Below the pieces are notes generated by a model, which was given only the letters and a program-made list of their open reading frames with translations, had not been told where the DNA came from and ran no database searches. A stretch of 64,000 bases of DNA, taken from positions 24,924,001 through 24,988,000 of the forward strand of contig OX597825.1 of the NCBI GenBank assembly GCA_951406725.2. Direction: 5' to 3'. Positions 13,510 through 26,287 of this stretch are shown piece by piece. This DNA comes from Octopus vulgaris. Taxonomy: Eukaryota. The translations under genes were made by a program, and so were the position numbers. The number at the start of each line of letters is the position of its first letter. Position 1 is the stretch's first letter.

Positions 13510-14295
13510 TGCATAGTAATCATACTTTGGATCAATGCTGGCAAAACCAAAGTGATGACGTCTCTGGTTGCAATCGTTCTCGAGGGCGTGAAGCTGGAGG
13601 ATGTGGAGTCCTTCGTCTACCTGGGTTCAACAGTGGTTCCAACAGGCCAGGGCACAGCCGAGGTTGAGCGTCGCATAGGTGCTGCCAGATCTACATTAGT
13701 GCGCCTCCAGCAGTGCCTATGGGACAGAAGAGAGATCTCCTCAGTGACCAAAGGGCGAATCTACCAGGCTGTCATTTGTACTAACCTCCTCTATGGTTGT
13801 GAAACATGGCCTATGAGGGTAGTCGATCAGCGAAGGCTGGAGGTGTTCGATAATGACTGTCTCCGCCGCATTCTTCGCTGCCGACGCATTGATCAGGTTC
13901 CTACAGCCGGTCTTCGTCATCTCCTGACCCTCCGGCCCTTCCCTTCGGTGCTTCTACAACGGCGCTTAAGGTGGTTCGGTCATGTGGCCCGGCGTCCAGA
14001 GGGTGAGCTGATTTGCGATGCCCTCCTCCCACCTCCACTTCCCAGCTGGCGCAAACGCACAGGCGGGCAGCTGAGGACCTGGGTAACGACGATAAAGGAG
14101 GATATCTCCGAACTCTCAGGTCCACAGGTGGTCAGCCTGCACAGATGGAACCGCGAATGGCTCGCTATCTCCAGTGACCTCGCACAGGACCATCGAGCAT
14201 GGGCTGCCATGGTTCGTGTTGCTGTTAGGACCAGAGAAGAAGCCAGCTCAACCCACCCTGGGTGAACGCCATCACAGGTAAGCAAGTACAAGTAA
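13510..14295 (+). pseudogene. RTE-clade LINE 3' portion (RT C-terminus), GC/CpG-rich, frame open
   Basis: INAGKTKVM, VESFVYLGS, LLYGCETW, RRLRWFGHVAR; CAAGTA-type tail at ~14275-14295. Confidence 0.9.
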
Positions 14296-14436
14296 TGATA
14301 TACTAAGATGAAAATAATCTAGGACAGATTGCTTCTCCTAAAAAGAAGTCTCAAAATTTCTGGAATGCAACTTAGGTGTATTTGTTTGTGTGTTATTTGT
14401 TTTTCAGATTTAAGCTTTACCAACAATATATATGTA

Positions 14437-14728
14437 CAGTAATCCCTCGCCATATCACAGTTCACCTATCGTGGTTTATTATTTAAGCTTACATCGATTC
14501 CTTCATGGTGTTGTTTTGCGTTTATAAAATGAAAATGATCAATTTATAAAAATTATTTTAAAAAATAGGAGTGGTTGTGCGGTAAGTAGCTTGCTTACGA
14601 ACCACATGGTTCTGGGTTCAGTCCCACTGCGTAGCACCTTGAGCAAGTGTCTTCTACTATAGCCTCGGGCCAACCAAAGCCTTGTTAGTGCATTTGGTAG
14701 ATGGAAACTGAAAGAAGCCCGTCATATA

Positions 14729-14775
<47 letters not shown>

Positions 14776-15089
14776 GTGTGTGTGCGTTTGTGTGTTTGTG
14801 CGTCTGTGTTTGTTCCCCCAACGTTGCTTGACAACTGATGCCGGTGTGTTTACGTCCCTGTAACTTAGCGGTTTGGCAAAAGAGGCTGATAGAATAAGTA
14901 CTAGGCTTACAAAGAATAAGTCCCAGGGTCAATTTGCTTGACTAAAGGCGGTGCTCCAGCATGGCCACAGCCAAATGACTGAAACAAGTAAAAGAGTAAA
15001 AGAGTACTGTACCATTTCTACTTCGTGGATTTTCACCTATTGTGAGGAATTTTGGAACATAACACCCGTAATAGTCCAGGGGGTTACTG
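14437..15089. mobile_element. pogo/Tigger-like MITE with nested SINE A (14567-15005)
   Basis: TA-flanked TIRs CAGTAATCCCTCG / CAGGGGGTTACTG. Confidence 0.7.
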
Positions 15090-16220
15090 TAAATATATAC
15101 CAAGGTAACCCCAGAATCAACCGAATGAGCTGGCCTTACTGAAGATGGTTATGGCAATAGCCAAAACTGACCGGTCAGTATAAGAAATTCTCAGTTCGGT
15201 GTTCGGGGCAATTGCAGCCCCTATCAGAGTATATGTTATGTGCTTTGTAACAGAATTGGAGCATTTTAGCTCCTATTTCTAGCAATGTAGGTGTAATTCA
15301 CACCCTTCGTCAAGTTTAGTTGACAACTATAATTTTCCTTTGCGGTATAACCTTGCAAACAGCTGTTTTTATTAATTTAATATATGTATGTACATATGTA
15401 TGTATATACACATACACATACATTTATGTGAGAGTGTCGATTAGCACTTGCAAATATGCACCTGGACGTATATTTACAAGCATATACTTTTTTTGTATGT
15501 GTATAATTGCATATACGAATGTAGCTCCAAGTATATGTGGCTATGTATGTCGATTGAAATACTAGAACGTCATACATAGTGTTGGGCTACTTATAAGCAT
15601 AGATGTGTATGCATGAGTGTGTTAGTCTATATACATGCTTGGATATTGAGGTTAAGTAGGTGTAAAACTGTAGTCATGTGTGAGTGTATGCTTGTGTGCA
15701 TGTGTGTGTGTGTGTGTGTGTGGTTGTAAAAGTCTTGTTTGCTGGTCAGAAGTAGGTCATCTAAGACACTTCAACTGATGCTATTAGGCCAAGTATATCA
15801 TGTTACAGGTTGGTCCAAGGCTTGAAACCCTCCTCAGCACCCCACACTCTTCTCAATCCACTTTGGCCAGGGTCTGTTACTACTCCACTACTCCACCGCA
15901 CACCCTACCCCCAGCACCAGCACCACCACCACCACCCCACTTTACAAAAAAAGGATCTTGTGTCTTTTTGTTTCACACTCAAATTTTAGTCACTGGACTA
16001 CATGGGGTACAGATGAAGGTACTGCCTTGTAAGAAATCTCCAGTATTTTTTTACTACTTATTTCCAGGCCTGGCACTTTATTCTATTGGTATCTTTGGCT
16101 GAACTGCTACATTACAGGGATCTAAATAAGACAACACCAACTGTCAAACAAGAGCAGGGAAAAACGCAACACAAAAAACACACATACATAGAAACATACA
16201 TACGTATGTATGTATATGTG

Positions 16221-16281
<61 letters not shown>

Positions 16282-16430
16282 ACACACACACACAAACATA
16301 ATTCACACATATATATATAGCTACATATCTATATACATATATATATATACACACACACACATATATACATAGACACATACATATAGATACATATATATAT
16401 ATATATACACACACACACATATATACATAA

Positions 16431-16473
<43 letters not shown>

Positions 16474-16893
16474 ACATATACATAGACGTATACATAGAGA
16501 TATAGATATATATATACATATATATATATACATAGATATATACATATATAGATACATACACGCACACAAATACTTATATATCTATAGATATATATATATA
16601 TATATGCACACACACACACACACGCACACACACACATATACATATTTACATATATATATATATATATATATATATCATCATCATCATCATGGATAAATGA
16701 ATATATATATATATATATGCATAAAAGATTTTCGTTTACTGACTTAATGTAATAGGTAAGTAGTATAAGTATTTAGTCTGGTTTACAACTAAAACTCTGG
16801 CTTGAACTGCAATTGAAATCAAGTTGGTGTTGAGGCTGACTAGCAAAGATGGCTGCAAGTGGTTCACTGTAGAGGGGTTAGTTATATATTACA

Positions 16894-17105
16894 TACTAGA
16901 AACAGAGAATAGACAAGCAAAACATGTGGTATGACTTTAGAGCCTTTAATTTATACTTTAAACCTTGTGCAGAGTAGTTATAGTAAATAGCTAAGAGACT
17001 TCGGTGGCTTGTTTACAATAACTACTCCATATTATGTTTAGATTATAAATTAAAGGCTTTTAAGTCATACCACATCTTTGGCTTGCCTATTTTCTATTTC
17101 TAATA
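16894..17105. repeat. long imperfect inverted repeat (fold-back), ~95-bp arms, ~15-nt loop
   Basis: ATGTGGTATGACTTTAGAGCCTTTAATTTATA pairs with TATAAATTAAAGGCTTTTAAGTCATACCACAT; inner GAGTAGTTAT/ATAACTACTC. Confidence 0.85.
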
Positions 17106-17109
17106 TACA

Positions 17110-17274
17110 GGGGTGGCTGTGTGGTAAGTAACTTGCTTACCAACCACATGGTTCCGGGTTCAGTCCCACTGCGTGCCATCTTGGGCAAGTGTCTTCTACT
17201 ATAGCCTCGGGCCGACCAAAGCCTTGTGAGTGGATTTGGTAGACGGAAACTGGAAGAAGCCTGTCGTATATATG

Positions 17275-17305
<31 letters not shown>

Positions 17306-17515
17306 ATGTCTTTGGGTGTCTGTGTTTGTCCCCCTAGCATTGCTTGACAACCAATGCTGGTGTGTTTACGTCCCCGTCACTTAGCGGTTCGGCAAAAGAG
17401 ACTGATAGAATAAATACTGGGCTTACAAAGAATAAATCCCAGGGTCGATTTGTTCTACTAAAGGCAGTGCTCCAGCATGGCCACAGTCAAATGACTGAAG
17501 CAAGTAAAAGAAAGA
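17110..17515 (+). mobile_element. SINE family A
   Basis: Near-complete copy matching the other family A copies. Confidence 0.85.
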
Positions 17516-17707
17516 AAATATATATATATATATATATTCAGTTAGACATTAAATAAGTCTCATTAAGGGATAGTATCATCCAATGAATTACTGGTTCAAT
17601 ACCTAATGTTTCTTGTGAATTATATTCATAAAACAATAGGTTTATATATAAACCATGGTTTATAATCATTCAAAAGAAAGTAAGAAAATGGAGATATAGC
17701 ATTTGAT

Positions 17708-17976
17708 AAAAAATTTATTATCTGCAAAAATCAAACATAGTCACTTACATCTGTTTCAATTAAGCCTAAAAGATTAAACAGCAAAAGATTAAACAGCAAA
17801 ATCTCTTCATAAAAAAACCTAAGGGTATATCTTTTATCTAACCATCTGAAGAGATTTTGCCTAATATAATTATTTTAATCTATAATAATAAATCTCTGCT
17901 TGCTATTTAATCTGGTAGGCTTAATTGAAACAACTGTAAGGGACTATGTTTGATGTTTGCAGGTAATGATTTTTTT
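17708..17976. repeat. inverted repeat containing degenerate hammerhead motifs (Penelope pLTR-like)
   Basis: TCAAACATAGTCACTTACATCTGTTTCAATTAAGCCTA vs TAGGCTTAATTGAAACAACTGTAAGGGACTATGTTTGA; CTGAAGA at 17846, GAAACAACTGTA at 17927. Confidence 0.75.
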
Positions 17977-17985
17977 AACTGCTAT

Positions 17986-18194
17986 ACTCTTTACTCTTTT
18001 ACTTGTTTCAGTCATTTGACTGCAGCCATGCTGGAGCACCGCCTTTAATCAAGTAACTCGTCCCCGGGACTTATTCTTTTTGTAAGCCCAGTACTTATTC
18101 TATCGGTCTCTTTTGCCAAACCGCTAAGTAACGGGGACGTAAACACACCAGCATCGGTTGTCAAGCAATGCTAGGGAGACAAACACAGACACAA

Positions 18195-18229
<35 letters not shown>

Positions 18230-18400
18230 CATATATACGACAGGCTTCTTTCAGTTTCCGTCTACCAAATCCACTCACAAGGCATTGGTCGGCCCGGGGC
18301 TATAGCAGAAGACACTTGCCCAAGATGCCACGCAGTGGGACAGAACCCGGAACCATGTGGTTGGTTAGCAAGCTACTTACCACACAGCCACTCCTGCGCC
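17986..18400 (-). mobile_element. SINE family A, near consensus
   Basis: Complete reverse copy ending GGCGCAGGAGTGG on the minus strand. Confidence 0.88.
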
Positions 18401-18501
18401 TATATCTACGTTTTCTTACTTTCTTTTACACATACACACACATATGTATGCATGCATGTATATTATCCGAAATGCATAGTATTAAATATTCATCACATCT
18501 G

Positions 18502-18584
18502 ATCTTACCAATCGGTTTCACATAAACAATACAATGGAGTGTTAGGCAACAATCCAATTATATAACTTTACACTCATCAGATTT
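18502..18584 (-). ncRNA. type-I hammerhead ribozyme motif (core intact, stem I weak)
   Basis: Minus strand: CTGATGA-GTGT...ACAC..-GAAA-CCGATTGG-TA. Confidence 0.5.
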
Positions 18585-18612
18585 CACCAATATAGGAGGA
18601 ATACAGTGACTG

Positions 18613-18645
<33 letters not shown>

Positions 18646-19329
18646 CTTTTATTCTTTTACTTGTTTCGGTCATTTGACTGCGGCCATGCTGGAGCACCAC
18701 CTTTAGTCAAGCATTGAACCCAGGACTTATTCTTTGTAAGCCTAGTACTTATTCTATCAGTCTCTTTTGCTGAACCACTAGGTAACAGGGACGTAAACAC
18801 ACCAGCATCAGTTGTCAAGCGATGTTGGGGGGACAAACACAGACGCAAAAACATATATATATATATATATACACATATATATGTGTGTATATATACACAC
18901 ACACATATATATATGTGTATATATACGCATATATATACACACACACACACACATATATAAATGTAAACATGTATACATACATACACAGACACCATAATCT
19001 TAGCACGATTCTTAATTCTACACCACCATTGCTGCCAAAAGGCTTCTTTCATTTTACTTCACTAATAATAATGTTATTCTTTTACAGCTTGTGCAATCCA
19101 TTTGACATTATTTTCTGAGGGAGGGTACACCATATTTTGATTAAGTGTGCCTATAATGAAAAGAAGTCCGAGCATGACTATTTGTTTTTATGTGTATTTA
19201 GGACTACATTATCCAGTGTTTTTTCCTTAATAGAGCTGAGGAAGATTTCACTGCTATTTCTAACATGCCAAACTACTCCATGGGGGCTCACTTATGTGGT
19301 GTAAGAAGTGACCTTTATTCAATGACAGG

Positions 19330-21460
19330 TCTGATTTTCTGCACACACACACAGATTAATGCACGGAAAGTGAACAGTGGATGAGTTGTTTTGGGGGTAG
19401 ATATAAGGTTTACTGCTGGCAAATTTCAGGAAGCATGGAAGTTTTGAAGGATATAATGCCACGACTGCTAACAACTAATGCAGGGAGTTTATTCCATGCT
19501 TCAGCAATTCTGAGCTTGAAATAATGTTTCCAAAAGTCATGGGTGCTCTGTTGTTTTCTGATTTTGTAAGCATGTTCATGAGAATTAGACATATGGAATT
19601 CAAAAAAGGGGCCCCAAGACTGTTGTTGCAAAGATGGTGGATAATCTTGAAGGTGTCTGCCAAGTCAGCAGAAGCAAGATATACAGCGTATGGTAGATGC
19701 CTGATGGCGGGTATTCATCTGGTTGCACATTTCTAAAAAGTATCAAAGAGATTGATATGCTGAGCAACACAGGGGTTCCGCACTGCAGCTCATCAGAAAA
19801 TGTAGTCAAAAGGGCATGAACAGCACACAGATTAATGCACGGAAAGTGAACAGTGGATGAGTTGTTTTGGGGGTAGATATCAGGTTTACTGCTGGCAAAT
19901 TTCAGGAAGCATGGAAGTTTTGAAGGATATAATGTCACAACAGATAATCACTGATGACAGGGAGTTTATTCCATGCCCAGCAATTCACTAGTAGTCTTAA
20001 GACTGGTGTTGTTAAAGAAGTCATGTGCTCTGTTGTTTTCCTGATTTTGTAAGCATGCTCATGAGCACTTAGTCTACAGCTAGCTTGAATTGCCAGTTAG
20101 TAATCCATTGTTGCATTGTGTCCAGGTCTGATTGCAGGAAACACCTTGAGCATATAGGATCTGCCCTTTTTATCTCAAGGTTCAGCTCGATGTCATCTGC
20201 ATATTTCAACACTAATATTCTTCAAGTAGGCATCTATGTCATTAATATACACAGCAAACAAGGAGCCGAGAACAGATCCCTGTGGTACACCACCAAATGT
20301 CTTTTTATAGGGTGAAGAATTCTGTCCTAAAACTGTGACTACCTCTTTTCAATTAAGAATGGTAAAGCTTTGACTTTGATGCTAATACATCCAATAATTT
20401 TCACGCATGATGAATGGCTAAACATAGACTTCAATCAGTTATAAAGATCATTTTTCACATCCATCGCAGAGAATTTTGTCGTAAGTTGTTTGTGTGGCAC
20501 AAAATTGAAGGCTTTAAACAGTAGTCAAGATAGACCCATGAGCCACCACCAGCAATTTGGCTAATGTCTTCAAGAAACTTGATGAGCTGGCTACAGAAAC
20601 TGGAGTTAGGGGTAAATCCAAACTGTGAGGATTGAATAAGACTGAGTGAGTTCCAGAAATTCCAGAGGGTTTCTCTGACACAGAATTTCATTCATTTTGC
20701 GATGCAGCAACACTGACTGAATAGGAGTTGACATCTGATGTCTGATTGCCCATTCTGAATAGAGGAATGACACTGTCAATTTTCCACTGCAATGGAGTGA
20801 CACAGTTATTAATGCAGAATTGGAAGAAGAATGAAAGTTGGTACAAAAGAAAGAACTTAACATGTTTGAAAAGCAGGTAAGTAATACTATCAAGACGAGA
20901 GGCACAATTGCATTTATTCTTGAGTTGGCATCACTGTATTGCAGACATAAATTTCACAGATGTTATAGAATTTGATGTCAGAGGTGGTGAAGATGATACA
21001 TTTGGATTTTCAACAGTAAAAATGCTGGCATAGCATTCAACAATAAGTGTTGCACATTCTTTGGGATTATCAGTAATCTGACCTGTGAGGGGGATTGCAA
21101 AGAGGATCAACTATAAAGTGAGGTCTCTGCTTTGCATGTACATATTTTCAAATCACTTTGCTGTTAGGGATGGTCGCTGTGCAATGTTTATAACATGATT
21201 AGAGTTACCTAAAGGCTCCACAGTAGTGACACTAAGTCTCAGAAGTAGTAGTAAAAGAGCAGATCCAAAGCGTTGTCACCTCTTGTGGTGGAGGTGACTA
21301 CTTGGGACCAGCTCAAATCCAGCACTAAATTGAGGAAATCACTTGCAATTTTCAGGCACTGAAAAGTTTCCCAATCAGTCACAAGGTAATTGGAGTCACT
21401 AGTAATGAAAAAGAAGTGGCTAATTTTCTCAATGAAGTTCTAAATATGTCAAAAAGTTGT
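19330..21460 (-). pseudogene. degenerate CR1/L2-group LINE (RT and 3' end, 3' end duplicated)
   Basis: QFGFTPNSS, GVPQGSVLG, KYADD, AEAWNKLP on the minus strand. Confidence 0.85.
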
Positions 21461-21598
21461 GTCTTGACGGTAGTTTAGGAGATGGTCAACAATTCCAAGT
21501 AGAAATGCTGACATGTTTATACAGTATAATATCTCTTTTCGCGATTGTTTCAGATCATTGCATGGAATTGTCAAAAAGTTTGAATAAAAGTTTGAAAA

Positions 21599-21995
21599 GG
21601 CGTAGGAGTGGCTGTGTGGTAAGTAGCTTGCTTACCAACATGGTTCCAGGATCAGTCCCACTGCGTGGCACCAAGGTATCTTCTACTGTAGCCTCGGGCC
21701 AACCAAAGCCTTGTGAGTGGATTTGGTAGATGGAAACTGAAAGAAGCCCGTCGTATATATGCATATGTATGTATATATGTATGTGTGTGTATATGTTTGT
21801 GTGTCTGTGTTTGTCCCCCCGGACATCGCCTGACAACCGATGCTAGTGTGTTTACGTCCCCGTAAACTGTTCGACAAAAGAGACCCATAGAATAAGTACA
21901 AGGCTTATAAGGAATAAGTCCCGGGGTCGATTTACTCGATCGACTAAAGGCGGTGCTCCAGCATGGCCAGTCAAATGACTGAAACAAGTAAAAGA
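21599..21995 (+). mobile_element. SINE family A
   Basis: Matches the family consensus, with small deletions. Confidence 0.85.
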
Positions 21996-23281
21996 GCGAT
22001 TAATGCCGCCCTTTGCGAAGCAGGTTGCAATGGGCCATGCTAATATTTATCTCAAAGACACCATTTCTCCAATAAATACAATGCACCGGAATTTATGATA
22101 GTGTAGAGAGAAATGAGAATGTGTGGCGGTCATGAATGTTCTTAGCAACTTAAAACGGCTTTGACCGGTGGCCGGCAATCCAAAGCCAGCCGAGGACTTG
22201 GTCAGCCAAGTAGCTTATCTCTACTTGACAGCGATCGCTGCACTTTTGGCGCCCGCCACTATTAATGACATATATCAAAAGCTAAAAATAGTTGGTTAAT
22301 TAGACAGGGTAGAATAAAGAAAAGAAAAGAAAGACAAGTGGGAGGGGAGGGAGGGAGAGAAAGTAAAAGAAAGAGAAAAAAAAGAATGGGGGGGGGGATG
22401 AAAGAGGAAAAAGAGGAAGTAAAAAGAAAGAGAAAAGGAAAAGTGGACAACAGGGGAGATAATAAGAAACACGGAAATGACAATTTACTTATCTCCCTTG
22501 CCGGCGACCACAATTATGTCAACGAACCAACGTTGAGGGCGAATTAGCTGCTAGAAATAGCAGCCAGGTAACCCCCCAACAAACACTATAATCTAAAACT
22601 TAGAAGAAACACACACTGATTAAAATAGTTCTATATAAAGCTATAATAAATATCGACAGGATTGCACGGCTGCAATGTTTTTCATCGTAGTTTCTATACA
22701 TTTAAGAGTTCACCCGAAGCTAAACAACTATGTCACTAGGCCTGCCGTAAATTTGCTAAATACGGCTTCCTCATACAGAAGAAAAAAAATTAATAATTTT
22801 AAATATCATTGGTATTTCTGATATTACTGGTTTAAAAAAATTGCGTGTCTACGTTATTTGTTTTAATAAAAGTATTTTGAAAATTTAATATACATCTGAT
22901 GTATAGTTTACTGAGAAAGAACATTTGTGGGCGTTGGTGGTACAAAGGATCTTGTTCACGAAAATGTGTGTTATGTATCCTAATTCCTTCGGTTTGGTTT
23001 GGTTTTAAGCATCATTGCTGATGCCAGGTTGAATCACCTCGCATTCATATACATACATGCATACACCATACACTGATTTACCAAATATATGACTATATGT
23101 ATACATATATATACACACATACATATATAGATAGATACATGCACACACGTTCATGTATATATAGATACACACACACACACAAAGATAGATAGATAGACAG
23201 ACAGACGGACAGATAGATAGATACATACATACATACATACATATACATACATATAGATGATAGACAGATAGATAGACAGAC

Positions 23282-23374
<93 letters not shown>

Positions 23375-23714
23375 TACCATTCACATTGTGATCAATCAAC
23401 TGTGTAAGACATCATATATATATATATATATATAAATCTCAGACAATCAGCTTTGTGATTTACTTTCGATACCTCGAACCGAAAAGGGAGCCGCTATGTA
23501 GTCGTTCGGATTGCCGAAATAGCAGCTAAATCTTCCCCCCGAAACCTTTTACGCAAAAGAAAATGTGTGGGAAGAACACATTTATGATTAGATAATCCCC
23601 GATATACAAACAGTTCGAACAGACCTGTCCTGTGTCCAGACATGTCATAGTTGAAATCATTCTACGTATCACTTTATTTACGTGACCCAACATAACGAAA
23701 CATTTAAATATTTG

Positions 23715-23830
23715 CTCGACCCGCTAGAAATAGCAGCCAATTCTCATTCAAAGCACACCCTACTGTCTAAAATAAAGTATAACCAGAAACAAGATGTGAT
23801 GGTCACGGCTGGAACAGCTTTGCCCAGTGT
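23715..23830 (+). repeat. old dispersed repeat (GCTAGAAATAGCAGCCAA family); other relics near 525-560, 19245, 22550, 23515, 24680
   Basis: Shared motif GCTAGAAATAGCAGCC in both orientations. Confidence 0.5.
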
Positions 23831-25064
23831 CGTCAAGAGATTAAACAAATACAATAATGTAATAAACGTAGCACGATCTATTCTCTTTCATTTCCTACAG
23901 ATTCCATAATCAGTGTTCGTTGCTGAATTTAAACACAAGCTAAAACTAAACAAGAGCCCGGAAGCCTTACAATCCGTAGGGACCTCAAAACGATTTATAA
24001 GGCATATGGTTTCAATTTTTGTGAGACCTTATAGTATAATATTTTTTAATCTTGACGAAAGTGGGACTCCAAACTTAGTATATAAGCTTCAGGCTACACC
24101 AAGTCAAAAATCTTGCACTAGTCTTACGCACAATCACAAAAATCATTACAATTATGATACCTTCTCCACCTTTTATCAATCTTTTCGCAGATAATAAACA
24201 TTAAGATTTAAAAAATCCTGTTTCGCAAACTATTTGCGAGTTGAACAACAAATCTCGCACCTTAATCTTTAGACCATCGCAATTAACTTTGCCCAAAATA
24301 CATGCAACCAAATTCTAAGTGAATTGAAGCGACGTAGAATTAAGTGTCAAGTTTATAAACACGTGCGACGGATTTGAACCCACGAACTATGAACTGGCAA
24401 CTCAATAATAAAACCCACATACTTTATTTATACATGAGAGAGAGAGAGAGAGCTAGAAGAAGCAGTAAATTACCAACATAATTACACAGAGAATACCGCC
24501 AAGAATTTATAGTTTATAGAGAAACATTTTGAGCCTGCAGGTCATTTCTAATTGACAAACCTATGCTAAAAGGCGTTCCACTCTTGACTATGTCAGGCAT
24601 AGTGTATCTAGGACTATATAATTTACAATGTCCTTCCTTTTCAAGACGGTAGGATGATTTATGGGGAGGGGTTCCATTGCTATTTCTAGCGGGTCTGTTG
24701 AATAGAGACACCCGAGTTGGTTCCAAGCTTTATTTAGTGATCACTTTTTTTCTATCAATCGCCCTCTTGTCATTATCGATCCGTTCTGTCTGTTTATCTA
24801 TAAATCAATTTATCTTTCCACTCCATTCCATGTATCTTGCCAATGTCAGCAAACAAAGCAAAGATAAAAGTTTTATAAAGTGAGTTGTGGTGTGTTCTTT
24901 AAATAAGGGAACAAGAAAAGGAGACAGAGAGAGAATGGCAAGTCATTAAAACAGAAACCAAATATCGAAATACACACACAGAGAAACACAAGATAAATAT
25001 ATGAATAGATAGATATATAGACAGAGAGAGAGAGACAGACAGAGAGACAGACAGACAGACAGAC

Positions 25065-25131
<67 letters not shown>

Positions 25132-25299
25132 GATTAAAATAATTATAGGGTTTCTATTGACCACAGGATCCAGCAAAGAACCTGAGCAAGGATTTTGTGA
25201 TAAATATATATCTTAAAAAACTGCAAAAGAAAACAATTATTGCCATATTTCATTTTATACAAACTTTAGAGGGTAAGAAACTCACATTTCCATTTACAA

Positions 25300-25736
<437 letters not shown>

Positions 25737-26243
25737 GTGCTGTTTGATCTCTTCCTTATGAAATTAAAAAATCCGTCAAAAGCAGTTTAGTAAAATATCT
25801 AAAGAATATAGACATATACATATAATATACATACATATACATATATATATATATATATATGTATGTATATATATCAGGCTATATCAGGGACACTTGTATT
25901 TTTTCGTTATACATTTTCCTGATACAACCAATAAATTCCATATCCTGTTATTGAAGCACTTATTTTTGTCATTGTTTATTCCCATCTTAATGTTTTGGTG
26001 GCTCTATGGTTGGGGCGGATGTCTTCTCTGTGTGTGTGTGTGGTGTTATGTATATGTATCTATCATTGTATTTGTATAATATATGAATGTGTGCGTGTGT
26101 TTGTTTTTCTCTTGAGTAGGTGTATTCCTTCTAAAGAGAGAATCCACAGATTCTAAGTTGTATATAATTCTTTTATGATCAGAGTAGGAAGATGGTCAAT
26201 ATGTCATGTAAATAGTCTAAAAATTGGGAAATCACTATACATA

Positions 26244-26287
<44 letters not shown>

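Noticed and set aside
17087-17350. Recurrent peptide ...RQASFSFRLPNPLTRLWSARGYSRRHLPK..., suggesting a gene family
   Set aside because: It is the antisense translation of SINE family A
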